A stretch of DNA of 64,000 nt from an uncultured Pseudomonadota bacterium (GCA_963847705.1 CAWKBC010000047.1:1-64000), one strand, 5' to 3'; shown: positions 1-13,883, counted from the stretch's first letter. The notes: generated by a model not told the origin, from the letters alone. Numbers and translations are program-made.

Positions 1-2597
1 ATGTAGACCGTCCGCCCGGTTGATTTCTTGGCCAGCTCCTTGGACAGCTTGATCCGCTGCGCCTCGCCGCCCGACAGCGTGGTCGCCGACTGACCCAGCT
101 TGAGATAGCCGAGGCCGACCTCGCGCAGGGTCTCCAGCTTCTGCCGGACCTTGGGGATGTTCTCCAGGAACTCGCAGGCCTGGTTGACCGTCATGTCGAG
201 CACGTCGGCGATGCTCGACTGCCGGTAGCGGACCTCCAGCGTCTCGCGGTTGTAGCGCCGCCCGCCGCACGACTCGCACTCGATGTAGACGTCGGGCAGG
301 AAGTGCATCTCGATGCGGATGATGCCGTCCCCCTGACAGGCCTCGCAGCGTCCCCCCTTCACGTTGAACGAGTAGCGCCCCGGCTTGTAGCCACGCGCCT
401 TCGACTCGGGGAGGGCGGAGAAGAGATCGCGAATGTGGGTGAAGACGCCGGTGTAGGTCGAGGGGTTCGAGCGCGGCGTCCGACCGATCGGCGCCTGGTC
501 GATGTCGATCACCTTGTCGACGTGCTGGAGCCCGTCGACGCCGTCGTGCGCCTCGGGCGGCAGCTTGGCGTGGTGAAGGCGCTGGGCCAGCGCCCGCAGC
601 AGCGTGTCGATCACCAGCGTCGACTTTCCGGAGCCCGACACCCCGGTCACGCAGGTGAGCACGCCGATGGGGAACGAGACGGTCAGATCGCGCAGGTTGT
701 GCCCGCGCGCGTGCTTGACGGTGAGCGTGCGGTTGCCCGACTGGCGGCGCTGGCGCGGCACCTCGATCCCCTTGCGTCCCGAAAGATAAGCGCCGGTGAT
801 CGACTGGGTGTTGCCGGCGATGTCCTCGGGCGTGCCGGCGGCGACGATGCGCCCGCCGTGCACGCCGGCGCGCGGCCCCATGTCGATCACGTGGTCGGCC
901 GCGCGGATGGTCTCCTCGTCGTGCTCGACGACGATGACGCTGTTGCCGAGATCGCGCAGCTTGGTCAGCGCCTCCAGCAGGCGCGCGTTGTCGCGCTGGT
1001 GCAGGCCGATCGACGGCTCGTCGAGGATGTAGAGGACGCCCACCAGCGAGCTGCCGATCTGGGTGGCCAGCCGGATGCGCTGCGACTCGCCGCCCGACAG
1101 CGTGGCGGCGGTGCGATCGAGCGACAGGTAGTCGACGCCCACGTTGTTCAGGAACGACAGGCGATCGCCCCCCTCGCGCAGGATCCGCCCGGCGATCTCC
1201 TTCTGGCGCGCCGTCAGCGTCAGGGTCTTCAAAAAGTCGTGCGCCTCCCGGATGGTCAGCGCGGTCATCTCGGTGATGCTCTTGCCACCGACCTTGACCG
1301 ACCGCGCCTCCTTCCGCAGGCGCGCGCCGCCGCACTCCTCGCAGACGGTCTGCGACATGTAGCGGTGGAACTCCTCGTAGATCGCCTCGAAGTCCTCCTC
1401 GCTGGTGCGCCCCTGCTCGCGGCGGCGGCGCTCGTGCTCCTCGAACCGGCGGCGCAGGTTGGCCAGCACCCCCTCGAACTCGCGCTTGAAGCTGTGCTTG
1501 CGCCCGTTCTTCTCGAAGGTCAGCTCGACCTCTTCCCCCTCCACGCCGTCGAGGAGCAGCGCCCGGGATTTTTGCGGCAGCTTGTTCCAGGGGGTGTACT
1601 GGTCGATCTCGAACTTGGTGCAGACGGCGTCGAGGATCTGGTGGAAGAAGACGTTGTTTCGCCGCTCCCACGGCTCGATGGCGCCTTCTTTGATGGAGAG
1701 CTCCTCGTCGGGAACGATCAGGTCGGGGTTGAAGAACATCTTGGCGCCGATGCCGTCGCAGGAGGGACAGGCGCCGGCCGGGTTGTTGAACGAGAAGAGC
1801 CGCGGCCCGATCTCCGGATAGCTGATCCCGCAGGTGGTGCAGGCGAACTTCTCCGAGAAGAGGAGATCTTCCCCCTCCAGCGGCGAGATCTTCACCACCC
1901 CCTCGGTCAGCTTGGCCGCCAGCTCAATCGAATCGGTCAGCCGCTGTCGGATCCCGTCCTTCTTCACCAGCCGGTCGACGAACACCTCGATGGTGTGCGC
2001 GGCGGTCTTGGCCAGCTTGGGCGGCTCGGCCAGCTCGTAGAGGTCGCCGTCGATGTTGGCGCGCACGAAGCCATCCTGCCGCAGCTTGCCGAGCACGTCG
2101 GCGAAGTCCCCCTTCTTGTCGCGCACGACCGGCGCCAGCACCGAGAAACGCTCCCCCTCCGGGAGCTCCAGCACCCGATCGACCATCTGCTGAATCGTCT
2201 GCGAGGCGATGGCCTGCCCGCAGTTCCAGCAGTGCACCGTCCCGATGCGGGCCCAGAGCAGCCGCAGGTAGTCGTAGATCTCCGTGGCCGTCCCCACCGT
2301 GGAGCGCGGGTTGCGCGAGCCGGTCTTCTGCTCGATGGAGATCGCCGGCGACAGCCCCTCGATCGAGTCGACGTCGGGCTTGTGCATCTGGTCGAGGAAC
2401 TGACGGGCGTAGGCCGACAGCGACTCGACGTAGCGGCGCTGCCCCTCCGCGTAGAGCGTGTCGAACGCCAGCGACGACTTCCCCGAACCCGACAGCCCCG
2501 TGATCACGACCAGCTTGTCGCGCGGGATCTCGACGTCGATGTTCTTGAGGTTGTGCTCGCGCGCGCCCTTGATCTTGATGCCGTGGGTCTTCTTCAT
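1..2597 (-). CDS. uvrA: Excinuclease ABC subunit A (C-terminus runs off the left edge)
   Basis: Manual translation of the minus strand from ATG 2597: [68 protein letters not shown]; second Walker A (GVSGSGKS) near 620-650; LSGGE signatures near 1095 and 70. Confidence 0.98.
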   Translation of the reverse strand, partial: MKKTHGIKIKGAREHNLKNIDVEIPRDKLVVITGLSGSGKSSLAFDTLYAEGQRRYVESLSAYARQFLDQMHKPDVDSIEGLSPAISIEQKTGSRNPRSTVGTATEIYDYLRLLWARIGTVHCWNCGQAIASQTIQQMVDRVLELPEGERFSVLAPVVRDKKGDFADVLGKLRQDGFVRANIDGDLYELAEPPKLAKTAAHTIEVFVDRLVKKDGIRQRLTDSIELAAKLTEGVVKISPLEGEDLLFSEKFACTTCGISYPEIGPRLFSFNNPAGACPSCDGIGAKMFFNPDLIVPDEELSIKEGAIEPWERRNNVFFHQILDAVCTKFEIDQYTPWNKLPQKSRALLLDGVEGEEVELTFEKNGRKHSFKREFEGVLANLRRRFEEHERRRREQGRTSEEDFEAIYEEFHRYMSQTVCEECGGARLRKEARSVKVGGKSITEMTALTIREAHDFLKTLTLTARQKEIAGRILREGGDRLSFLNNVGVDYLSLDRTAATLSGGESQRIRLATQIGSSLVGVLYILDEPSIGLHQRDNARLLEALTKLRDLGNSVIVVEHDEETIRAADHVIDMGPRAGVHGGRIVAAGTPEDIAGNTQSITGAYLSGRKGIEVPRQRRQSGNRTLTVKHARGHNLRDLTVSFPIGVLTCVTGVSGSGKSTLVIDTLLRALAQRLHHAKLPPEAHDGVDGLQHVDKVIDIDQAPIGRTPRSNPSTYTGVFTHIRDLFSALPESKARGYKPGRYSFNVKGGRCEACQGDGIIRIEMHFLPDVYIECESCGGRRYNRETLEVRYRQSSIADVLDMTVNQACEFLENIPKVRQKLETLREVGLGYLKLGQSATTLSGGEAQRIKLSKELAKKSTGRTVY

Positions 2598-2719
2598 GCT
2601 GCCGGCGCGAACCCGGAGGAAGCGCGCCCTCAGGGGCAGGACGCGCGGCCAGAGCGGATTTCGACCGCCTATACCCTATCACGGGTGACAAGCGGCAAAC
2701 GGGTTAAGCTGAGCGGAGA

Positions 2720-3907
2720 ATGTCGTCCGGGTCGGGTCACGATGATGGCGTCACGGCTGTGGCGCCGAAGGTAGCGGTTCTGACGGCGCTCCTCGGGCTC
2801 GTCGTGATGGGCGGCCTGGGCGGCTGTGCCGGAACGTCCGAGCGGATCGAAGGGTTCAAGACCGGGCGCCTGCAGACGCGCGCCACCAGCGACCTCAAGC
2901 GGGGGATGAACTTCGGCGACGCAATGGACGCGCCCAACGAGGGGGAGTGGGGCTGGACGCTCTCGGCGTCCGACTTCCAGGCGGTGCGCGCGGCCGGGTT
3001 CGATCACGTGCGGGTGCCGATGCGGATCTCGTCGCACGCCGACATCAAAGCGCCCTACGCGATCGAGAAGCGCTTCCTGCACAGGATGGACTGGGCGGTC
3101 GATCAAGCGCTCTCCAATGACCTCGGGATCATCGTTGACATGCACCACTACATCCCGATGATGAAGGCGCCCAAGGCGCACGCCGATCGCCTGGTTGGGC
3201 TCTGGCGGCAGATCGCCACCCACTACCGGGGCATGCCGCGCGCGGTGGTGTACGAAGTCCTCAACGAACCGACCGACAAGCTCACGGCCGAGGTCTGGAA
3301 TCCGATCCTGGCGCGCGCGATCGCCGCCATCCGGCAGATCGATCCCGACCGGCTGATCATCGTCGAAGGAGCGCACTGGGCGTCGGCCAAGGATCTGCGC
3401 GACACCCTGCGGGTGCCGGCCGGCGATCCGAACCTCATCGCCAGCTTTCACATGTACGCGCCGATGTATTTCACCCACCAGGGGTTCAGCTGGATGGAAC
3501 CCTGGTACCAGACGCGCGGCGTGACCTTCCCCGGACCACCGCCCTCGCCGGTCACGCCCGTGGCCGCGGCCGACGCGTTCCCCGAAGGGCGCACCTTCTT
3601 CCAGCGCTACAACAGCGAGCCGGCCGACACCAACCCGGGCGGACCGGCCGCCATCATCGAGCAGATGGAGATGGCCGAGGCGTTCGCCAAGCGAACGGGG
3701 ATGCGCATCTACCTCGGCGAGTTCGGCGCCGGCGTCAACGGCGACGTCGTGTCGCGCGGCCACTGGGTCCGCACCGCGCGCACCGAGGCCGAAAAGCGCG
3801 GCTTCGGGTGGGGCTATTGGGACTTCTGCCGAAACTTTGCCGCTTACGCCGAGCTCGGCTTCACCGGGAAGTGGATCCCCGAGATAAAGGCGGCGTTGAT
3901 CGAGTAG
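2720..3907 (+). CDS. Glycoside hydrolase family 5 (cellulase-like), probable lipoprotein
   Basis: GH5 motifs HVRVP, VDMHHY, YEVLNEP (acid/base Glu), FHMY, YLGEFG (nucleophile), WDF; lipobox-like LGGC; start uncertain. Confidence 0.9.
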   Translation: MSSGSGHDDGVTAVAPKVAVLTALLGLVVMGGLGGCAGTSERIEGFKTGRLQTRATSDLKRGMNFGDAMDAPNEGEWGWTLSASDFQAVRAAGFDHVRVPMRISSHADIKAPYAIEKRFLHRMDWAVDQALSNDLGIIVDMHHYIPMMKAPKAHADRLVGLWRQIATHYRGMPRAVVYEVLNEPTDKLTAEVWNPILARAIAAIRQIDPDRLIIVEGAHWASAKDLRDTLRVPAGDPNLIASFHMYAPMYFTHQGFSWMEPWYQTRGVTFPGPPPSPVTPVAAADAFPEGRTFFQRYNSEPADTNPGGPAAIIEQMEMAEAFAKRTGMRIYLGEFGAGVNGDVVSRGHWVRTARTEAEKRGFGWGYWDFCRNFAAYAELGFTGKWIPEIKAALIE

Positions 3908-4049
3908 CGGAGCGCGCCGCGCGCGGCCGTCACCGTTTCGCCATCGCGCCGGCTGGTGCTTTACCGGGCCGGTAACGAACGCTTTCGGCCGACGCCCGCG
4001 AGCACAGAAGTCGCGGTTGGCCGGCATCTTGCCTTGGTGAAGAGAGACG

Positions 4050-4601
4050 ATGGCGCGGTGGGTGGTGTTTCTGGGCGTGATGATCGGAGCCCTGGCCGGC
4101 TCTGCCTCAGCCGAACCGGCGGCGGCGCCGGGTCTGACCGGGCTGGATGACAAGTTGAGCTCGACCGGTCGAATCGGCGCCTACGCACCGCAGTCGTCCA
4201 CCCAGATCGCGCCGGGCATCGCCCCGCCGACATCGGAACATGACAGCGCGTCGCGCTCTCTGCAGCCGGTTTCGACCGCGCGACCCGCCCTCGGCGCTCC
4301 GGCGGACCAGCGGGGAGGCCTGGCCGAGGAGGAGTTCACCCCGACCGACGGGCCGGTGACGGCCTGCCGCGTGGAGGTCGCGCGCCGCCGCCAGGTCGCG
4401 CCCAAGAAGCTGGCGGCGAAGGAGGTCGTCTTGCGCTTCAACGTCGAGGCAGACGGCCACGTCCGCAACGCCGAGGCTGTCTCGGCGCTCGACACCGATC
4501 TGGAGATCGCCGCCTGCGCCAAGCGTGTCCTCAGCGAATGGGTCTTCGCCAAACACGCAGGTGAAGCGATCGCCGTCGAGCGCACCTATCGGTTTCGATA
4601 G
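4050..4601 (+). CDS. Secreted protein with TonB C-terminal-like (AgmX/PglI-type) domain
   Basis: Signal peptide; C-terminal VVLRFNVEADGHVRNA...CAKRVLSEWVF...TYRF pattern. Confidence 0.7.
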   Translation: MARWVVFLGVMIGALAGSASAEPAAAPGLTGLDDKLSSTGRIGAYAPQSSTQIAPGIAPPTSEHDSASRSLQPVSTARPALGAPADQRGGLAEEEFTPTDGPVTACRVEVARRRQVAPKKLAAKEVVLRFNVEADGHVRNAEAVSALDTDLEIAACAKRVLSEWVFAKHAGEAIAVERTYRFR

Positions 4602-4631
4602 CTTCGGGCCCCACGCGCGCGATCGGTCGGG

Positions 4632-5585
4632 TCAACCGCCCGACGTGCGCGCGGCCAGGTCGAAGGCGGCCAGGAAGCTCTGCGCGCGCGCGCGGCCGCT
4701 GCCGGCGATGTCGTAGGCAGTGCCGTGATCGGGGGAGGTGCGGACGAACGGCAGGCCGAGCGTCAGGTTCACGCCGTCGTCGAAGTGCAGCAGCTTGAGC
4801 GGAATCAGACCCTGGTCGTGGTAGAGCGCGACGACCGCGTCGTAGGCGCCGCCCGCGGCCTGGCGAAAGACCGAGTCGGGGACCAGCGGGCCGTCGACGG
4901 TGGCGCTGAGGCCGGCGGCGGCGATCCGCGCGCGCGCTCTTTCGATCGCCGGCGTCACCAGTCGAGCCTCTTCGTCGCCGAACCGACCCGCCTCGCTGGC
5001 GTGTGGGTTGAGGCCGGCCACCGCCACGCGGGGCGCTGCGATGCCGAAGCGCCCCGCCAGCCCCTCGGCCGTCAGCCAGATCGTCGAGGCGATGCCCTCG
5101 ACGGTCAGCAGGCGAGGCACGTCCCTGAGCGGAACGTGCGTGGTCGCCACCGTCACCCGCAGCTGCGGGCCGGCCAGCATCATGGCGAACTCCGACACGC
5201 CGGCGCGCGCGGCCAGGTACTCCGTGTGCCCGGGAAACGCGAACCCGGCGCGCGCGATCCATTCCTTTGAAATCGGAGCGGTGACCAGCGCGGAGACCTC
5301 GCCCGCCAGCGCCGCGTCGACCGCCGCGGTGAGGTAAGCGAGCTGCGCCTGTCCGGAGGCGTCGTTTGGTCTTCCCGGCGTGACCTCCTCCGCGCGCAAG
5401 CTGGTCACGGCGCGGACGCGCGACGGCGCCGGGGGCGCCACGCCGGCGACCTTCGCCGCGCGCGCGAGCAGGCCGACGTCGCCGAACACCAGAACATTCG
5501 CCTCTGGCCGCTCGGCCAACGCGCGCACCACGATCTCCGGCCCAATCCCCGCAGGATCGCCAAGAGAGATGGCGAGCGTCTTCAT
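4632..5585 (-). CDS. pdxA: 4-hydroxythreonine-4-phosphate dehydrogenase
   Basis: GDPAGIGPEI, GHTEYLA, GLNPHA, YHDQGLIPLK, RTSPDHGTAYDIAG motifs. Confidence 0.95.
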   Translation of the reverse strand: MKTLAISLGDPAGIGPEIVVRALAERPEANVLVFGDVGLLARAAKVAGVAPPAPSRVRAVTSLRAEEVTPGRPNDASGQAQLAYLTAAVDAALAGEVSALVTAPISKEWIARAGFAFPGHTEYLAARAGVSEFAMMLAGPQLRVTVATTHVPLRDVPRLLTVEGIASTIWLTAEGLAGRFGIAAPRVAVAGLNPHASEAGRFGDEEARLVTPAIERARARIAAAGLSATVDGPLVPDSVFRQAAGGAYDAVVALYHDQGLIPLKLLHFDDGVNLTLGLPFVRTSPDHGTAYDIAGSGRARAQSFLAAFDLAARTSGG

Positions 5586-5612
5586 GGGGATGGGCCGGGC
5601 GCGCTCACGCGG

Positions 5613-6776
5613 TCACAGCTTCAGCGCCTTGAGCCGCTCGACCGCCTCGGCCAGGCGCGCCTTGTCGGCGCAGATGGTGAGGCGAACGAACCCCTCGCCC
5701 GACGGTCCGAAGCCGGTCGCCGGCGTGGCGACGATCCCCGCCTCGGTCAGCAGCCGCGAGGCGAAGTCGATGGACGACAGACCCTTGGGGTTGGCGATCA
5801 GCGTGTAGAAGCTGGCCTTCGGCGTCAGCACGTCGAACCCTGCCTTGGCCAGCCCGCCGCAGAGGACGTCGCGCCGCTCGCGGTAGATGGCCCGTTGGCG
5901 CGCCACGGCCGCCTGATCGCCGCTGAGCGCCGCGATCGCCGCGCGCTGGACGGCGTCGAAGCAGCCGGAGTCGACGTTGGTCTTCACCTGCCCGAGCCCG
6001 CCGACCAGCGTGGCGTTGCCGCAGGCCCAGCCGACGCGCCAGCCGGTCATGTTGTAGGTCTTCGACAGCGAGTGGAACTCGATGCCGACCTCGCGCGCGC
6101 CCGGCGTCTCCAGGAACGAGGGGGGCGGCGTCTCGTAGTACATCTCGCTGTAGGCGAGATCGCTGGCCACGATGACGTCGTTCTTCTTGGCGAAGGCGAC
6201 GACCTTTTCGTAGAAGCCGGGAGCCGCCAGCGCGGCCGTCGGGTTGTTGGGGTAGTTGATCCAGAGGATCTTCGCCCGGCGCGCGACGTCGGCCGGAATG
6301 GCTTCGAGATCGGGCAGGAAGCCGTTCTCGCGCCGCAGCGGCACGAAGTACGGCTCGCCGCCGGCGAAGCGGGTCAAGGTCGCGTAGACCGGGTAGCCGG
6401 GATCGGGACAGAGGACGACGTCGCCCGGATTGACGAAGGCGAACGGGAAGTGCGCGATCGCCTCCTTCGAGCCGATGACGCAGATGACCTCCTTGCCGTG
6501 GTCGAAGGTGAGGCCGAAGCGCGACTTCATGAACTCGGCGGCCGCCTTGCGAAAGTCCTCCATCCCCGCGTACGAGGGGTAGCGGTGCGTGCCGGGATCG
6601 CGGGCCGCCTCGGCCAGCGCCTCCACGATGTGCGGGTGCGTCGGCAGATCGGGATCCCCGATGCCGAGGTCGATCAGATCCTTGCCCTTCTTGCGCTCCT
6701 CGTTCTTGAGCGCGTCGATGCGGGCGAAAAGATAGGGCGGCAGCTCTCGGATCCGGTTGGCGAGCTCGATCTTCAT
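5613..6776 (-). CDS. dapL: LL-diaminopimelate aminotransferase (class I/II PLP aminotransferase)
   Basis: LPPYLFA, LGIGDPD, GSKEAIAH, NYPNNPT, EFHSLSKTYNMTGWRVG, KTNVDSG. Confidence 0.8.
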   Translation of the reverse strand: MKIELANRIRELPPYLFARIDALKNEERKKGKDLIDLGIGDPDLPTHPHIVEALAEAARDPGTHRYPSYAGMEDFRKAAAEFMKSRFGLTFDHGKEVICVIGSKEAIAHFPFAFVNPGDVVLCPDPGYPVYATLTRFAGGEPYFVPLRRENGFLPDLEAIPADVARRAKILWINYPNNPTAALAAPGFYEKVVAFAKKNDVIVASDLAYSEMYYETPPPSFLETPGAREVGIEFHSLSKTYNMTGWRVGWACGNATLVGGLGQVKTNVDSGCFDAVQRAAIAALSGDQAAVARQRAIYRERRDVLCGGLAKAGFDVLTPKASFYTLIANPKGLSSIDFASRLLTEAGIVATPATGFGPSGEGFVRLTICADKARLAEAVERLKALKL

Positions 6777-6919
6777 GGCGATCTCTCTACCACGCAGCCG
6801 GTGGGCCGATCATCCCCTCCCGGCACCCCCTCTTGCACCCTGCGCGCCCTGGACGAGGTTCGGATGTTGGTCGCTCAGGCTTGACTCTGTTTCGCGACCG
6901 CCTATCCTCGGCCGCTGCC

Positions 6920-7294
6920 ATGGCGCAAGAAAGCAAAGAAACCCCGAAGAGTGCCGCCGCCAAGAAGCCCAAGGCGGCAGACAAACCGGCCGTGAAGGCG
7001 ACCAAGTCCGCCGACAAGGCGGGTGCGGTGAAGGCCAAAGGGAAGGCCACGCCGGCCGTGACCGACGGTCCGACCTGCCGCGCCGAAGGGTGCAAGCAGG
7101 CGGTGCGCGCGAAGGGCTACTGCCGCAAGCACTTCATGAACTGGCGCCGTGGCTCGGTGGGGGATCACCACCGCTACAAGATCTGCAGCAAGGAAGCCTG
7201 CCGCAAGCCGCGCACCAAGGGCGGCCTGTGCGACGAGCACGCCGGCGTCGCCGCGCCGGCCGACGCTGCAGCCCCGGCTGCACCGCCCGCCTGA
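6920..7294 (+). CDS. Lys/Ala-rich protein with two Cx4C-x9-Cx2H zinc-finger-like motifs (myxobacterial VegA-like)
   Basis: MAQESKETPKSAAAKK...; CRAEGCKQAVRAKGYCRKH and CSKEACRKPRTKGGLCDEH. Confidence 0.7.
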   Translation: MAQESKETPKSAAAKKPKAADKPAVKATKSADKAGAVKAKGKATPAVTDGPTCRAEGCKQAVRAKGYCRKHFMNWRRGSVGDHHRYKICSKEACRKPRTKGGLCDEHAGVAAPADAAAPAAPPA

Positions 7295-7306
7295 GAGCGG
7301 TCGCCG

Positions 7307-8565
<1,259 letters not shown>

Positions 8566-8569
<4 letters not shown>

Positions 8570-9264
8570 AGAAGAAGACCAGCAAGGCAGCGGGCGGATC
8601 GCGCGGGACCCTCCCGGAGTCGCCGACTGAATTGACGATCGCGCTGCCGCGGGGCCGGATCCTCGACGAGGCGCTGGTGCTGTTCGCGCGGGCCGGCGTC
8701 GATCTGGGGGCGGCCGACAAGTCGCGGGCCGGGCGGCGTTTGATCATCCCGATCCCGGAGCATCAGATGCGCGTCCTCATCGTGCGCGACACCGACGTGC
8801 CGGCCTACGTGGAGCACGGCGCCGCGCACCTGGGGATCGCCGGCCGCGACGTGCTCGAGGAGCAGGATCGGGACCTCTACGAGCCGCTCGACCTCGGCAT
8901 CGGGCGCTGCCGCATGGTGGTCGCCGAGCCGGAGGATCACCCGGTCGACGAGAACGCCCACGTCCACCTCCGCTACGCCACCAAGTTTCCCGAGATCACG
9001 CGCCGCCACCTTCAGTCGCGCGGCACGGTCGCGGAGATCATCAAGCTCTACGGATCGATCGAGATCGCTCCCCTGGTGGGGCTCGCCGATCGGATCGTCG
9101 ACCTGGTGTCGTCCGGCGAGACGTTGCGCCAGCACCGGCTGCGCGAGGTCGAGACGATCCTCGAGATCAGCGCCCGGGTCTGCGTGGGACGGGCGGCCGC
9201 CAAGCTTCACGGCGATCGCATCGACGATCTGCTGGCCCGCCTCCGCGCCGCCAGCCCGCGCTGA
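8566..9264 (+). CDS. hisG: ATP phosphoribosyltransferase, short form (needs HisZ, not in window)
   Basis: [44 protein letters not shown]; no C-terminal regulatory domain; GTGA overlap with murA stop. Confidence 0.93.
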
Positions 9265-9387
9265 CCGGGAAATCGCCAGAAGCGCCTCCTGTTTTCGGGG
9301 GCTGACCGATGCCCGTCTCCCGTAACAACGCATAAGTGTTCGTCATCATTTGAGAAAAATCGAGAAATTGGCACTCTCCCCGTTCGC

Positions 9388-9415
9388 TTGACAGCGGGGC
9401 ACCGGTGCTTAAGCT
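9388..9415 (+). promoter_or_regulatory. Putative sigma70-type promoter for the zinc-ribbon gene-groES-groEL cluster
   Basis: TTGACA (9388-9393), 16-bp spacer, TAAGCT (9410-9415); CIRCE-like half site TTGGCACTC at 9368-9376. Confidence 0.55.
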
Positions 9416-9423
9416 CCGGGCGC

Positions 9424-9729
9424 ATGCCGATCTACGAATACGCCTGCGCCGCCTGCGGACACCAGTTCGAGGAGTGGCAGAAGATGAGCGACAAGCCCAT
9501 CAAGACGTGCCCGAAGTGTAAGGCCCGAAAGGTCGACAAGCTCATCAGCGCGACCTCCTTCAAGCTCAAGGGTGGCGGCTGGTACTCGGACCTCTACGCC
9601 GGCCCCAAGCCGAACGGCGCGAAGGATTCGGGTGCGTCAAAGGACTCGACCAGCAAAGAAGCGTCGACCGCTTCGACCTCCACCACCAAATCGACCAAAG
9701 AAACCAAGAAGTCCGAGGCTGCCGCCTGA
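9424..9729 (+). CDS. FmdB-family zinc-ribbon regulatory protein
   Basis: [16 protein letters not shown]...CPKC...FKLKGGGWY. Confidence 0.9.
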   Translation: MPIYEYACAACGHQFEEWQKMSDKPIKTCPKCKARKVDKLISATSFKLKGGGWYSDLYAGPKPNGAKDSGASKDSTSKEASTASTSTTKSTKETKKSEAAA

Positions 9730-9779
9730 TCAGGCCGGTCTCGCACCTCACCACTCGACCCTCGACAAGGAGAACGCAG

Positions 9780-10067
9780 ATGAAGATCCGACCGCTTTAC
9801 GACCGCATTCTGGTGAAACGTATCGAGGAGCAGACCAAGACCGCCGGCGGATTGTTCATCCCCGACACGGCCAAGGAGAAGCCGATGGAGGCGATGGTGG
9901 TCGCCGTCGGCAACGGCAAGATCCAGGAGGACGGTTCGCTGCGCAAGCTGGAGGTGAAGGCGGGCGACAAGATCCTGTTCTCCAAGTACTCGGGCAACGA
10001 GATCAAGATCGACGGCACGGATCACCTGATCCTCCGCGAGGACGACATCCTCGCCGTGCTCGACTAG
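9780..10067 (+). CDS. groES: Co-chaperonin GroES
   Basis: [14 protein letters not shown]...[13 protein letters not shown]; AAGGAG RBS. Confidence 0.98.
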   Translation: MKIRPLYDRILVKRIEEQTKTAGGLFIPDTAKEKPMEAMVVAVGNGKIQEDGSLRKLEVKAGDKILFSKYSGNEIKIDGTDHLILREDDILAVLD

Positions 10068-10141
10068 TTCGAGACGCGATCGATCCCCCCTTTAACAAGT
10101 TCATCAACAAACACGACACGAAAGAACGGAGCTAAAGAGTC

Positions 10142-11809
<1,668 letters not shown>

Positions 11810-11836
11810 GCCGATCGCACCCACCAGTTGATCCCC

Positions 11837-11867
11837 AAGGGGCTCGGGAAACCGGGCCCCTTTTTTT
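11837..11867 (+). terminator. Rho-independent terminator of groESL
   Basis: GGGGCTCGG-GAAA-CCGGGCCCC hairpin followed by T7. Confidence 0.9.
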
Positions 11868-11985
11868 ATGGGTTTCTCAGACGCGCGCGCCATCGCGCGG
11901 GGCGAGGAGGAGACGAAAGCAAAACGCTCGACGAGGTGGCGGCTCCCTGACCGGCCCCTGACCGACTTGGGAGGCCGGGGCGCGG

Positions 11986-12333
11986 TCAGACCGCCAGCGA
12001 GCTGACGAACGCCCGGAAGGCGGGGCTGGTCTTGTCGAGCACGACGATGAACTCGCCCCCGGTGTTGATGCGCGTGATGGGGCCTTCGGCGGCGCAGGCG
12101 CCGCTCCCCTCGACGACGAACATGAACCGGGCGCGCTGTCCGAGCGTCACGTCGTTTGCCGGCGCGCGGAAGCGGACGCCGCCCGCCGCGATGTCGCTCA
12201 GCTCGACGGTGAGCGGGTCGGGGCGGCCGGAGAGGTGCACCTCGACCGGCAGGCCAACCGGGATGCGCGGATGCCGCCGGCGGTTGGCGTGTCCGAGATC
12301 ACGCTGTGCTGTCGCTCGCGCTGTTGTCGGCAC
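11986..12333 (-). CDS. PilZ domain protein
   Basis: RRRHPR (RxxxR) and DIAAGG (variant D/NxSxxG) motifs. Confidence 0.8.
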   Translation of the reverse strand: MPTTARATAQRDLGHANRRRHPRIPVGLPVEVHLSGRPDPLTVELSDIAAGGVRFRAPANDVTLGQRARFMFVVEGSGACAAEGPITRINTGGEFIVVLDKTSPAFRAFVSSLAV

Positions 12334-12424
12334 CTCGACACCCCCTTCCTAGAGTAGTGACGTCAGTGCGCGCGAGCGGCTCAATCGATCAAAGCTTTGC
12401 GCATGCTGGCGCGCCGCGTGAGGG

Positions 12425-13771
12425 CTAGGCCGAGATATCAGCGGCCAGATCGTATTCAGCGGAATGCGTCACGTGGGCGGTGACGAAGGTTCCGGCGGTC
12501 GGAGGGGCCACCTCGGGCGCCAGCGAAAGGTAGACCTGGCCGTCGATCTCGGGCGCCTGGCCTTCATGGCGGCCCATCAGCAGGTACTCCGACTCGTCAG
12601 ACGGTCCCTCGACGAGCACCCGGAGGCTCTGGCCGCGCATCGCCCGCAGCTTCTTCTTGGAGATCTCACGTTGAATCCGCAGCAGCTCGCGGCGGCGCGC
12701 ATCGATCTCTTTTTGCGGGACCCGCTTGGGGAGCAGCGCCGCGACCGTGCCCTCCTCGCGCGAAAAATTGAAGACGCCGACATGGTCCATCTCGGCCTCG
12801 CGCACGAAGTCGCACAGGCTCTGAAAGGCGGCGTCGGTCTCGCCCGGATGGCCGGCGATGAACGTGGTCCGGAAGGTTCCGTTCGGCACCCGCGCCCGGA
12901 AGCGCGCCACCAGATCGCGCACCTGGCGCTCGCCGTACCCGCGGCGCATCGCCTTGAGCACGCCGGTGTCGACATGCTGGATCGGCACGTCGAGGTAGCT
13001 GGCGACGCGGGGCTCGCTGCCGATGGCGTCGAGCAGCTCGTCGGTGCAGGCGCTCGGGTAGGCGTAGTGGAGGCGAATCCAGCCGAGCCCGTCGATGGCT
13101 GCCAGCTGGCGCAGCAGCGAGGCCAGCCGCGGCGCCTGGGGAGCGTCGGCGTCGGGGAGGTCGGTGCCGTAGGTCGTCAGATCCTGCGCGACGAGGCAGA
13201 GCTCCTTGGTGCCCCCCGCGACGAGATCCCGTGCCTCGCGCAAAACCGACTCGGGCGCCCGGCTGCGCTGCGGGCCGCGGAGCTTGGGGATGATGCAGAA
13301 CGCGCACGGGCGATCGCAACCTTCGGCGATCTTGACGTAGGCCGTGTGGGCCGCTTGCGAGCGGCGCCGCGGGGCCGCGTCGTCGTACAGATAGGCCGGC
13401 GTGTCGACGACGCTCAGGCGATTGATCGTCCCGGAGATCGCCTTGGCGATGGCGCCGACCTCGTCGGTGCCGATGAACTGGTCGACCTCGGGCATCTCCG
13501 ACGACAGCTCTTTCGGGTAGCGCTGCGACAGGCAGCCGGCGACCACCAGCCGCTTGCAGCTCCCCGACTCCTTGTACTTGGCCATCTCGAGGATGGCGTC
13601 GATCGACTCTTGCTTGGCCTCGCCGATGAAGCCGCAGGTGTTGACGACGATGACCTCGGCAGCCTCGGGCGCCGCCACCAGCTGGTGTCCCGCATCGGCC
13701 GTGTGCCCGAGCATGACCTCGGTGTCGACGCGATTTTTGGGGCAGCCCAGGGAGACGAAGTGCACGTTCAT
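12425..13771 (-). CDS. rimO: Ribosomal protein S12 methylthiotransferase
   Basis: SLGCPKNRVD, NTCGFI, CDRPCAFC radical-SAM motif, APEIDG TRAM region. Confidence 0.96.
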   Translation of the reverse strand: MNVHFVSLGCPKNRVDTEVMLGHTADAGHQLVAAPEAAEVIVVNTCGFIGEAKQESIDAILEMAKYKESGSCKRLVVAGCLSQRYPKELSSEMPEVDQFIGTDEVGAIAKAISGTINRLSVVDTPAYLYDDAAPRRRSQAAHTAYVKIAEGCDRPCAFCIIPKLRGPQRSRAPESVLREARDLVAGGTKELCLVAQDLTTYGTDLPDADAPQAPRLASLLRQLAAIDGLGWIRLHYAYPSACTDELLDAIGSEPRVASYLDVPIQHVDTGVLKAMRRGYGERQVRDLVARFRARVPNGTFRTTFIAGHPGETDAAFQSLCDFVREAEMDHVGVFNFSREEGTVAALLPKRVPQKEIDARRRELLRIQREISKKKLRAMRGQSLRVLVEGPSDESEYLLMGRHEGQAPEIDGQVYLSLAPEVAPPTAGTFVTAHVTHSAEYDLAADISA

Positions 13772-13883
13772 TTGAAAATCCGGCCTCGGAAGGTCGCGAA
13801 GACTAGCACGCCCGCCCGGGTGGCCGCGCGCGTCATGGCGCGATCCGCTCGATTCTCAGCCAATCCGGCCGGTTTGTGGGCCG

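Noticed and set aside
2598-2719. LexA box upstream of uvrA
   Set aside because: No recognisable SOS-box match.
303-2774. 823-aa plus-strand ORF
   Set aside because: Antisense shadow of uvrA, which the ORF track omits because it runs off the window edge.
9368-9394. Full CIRCE operator
   Set aside because: Only the left arm matches; the right arm GAGTGCYAA is absent.
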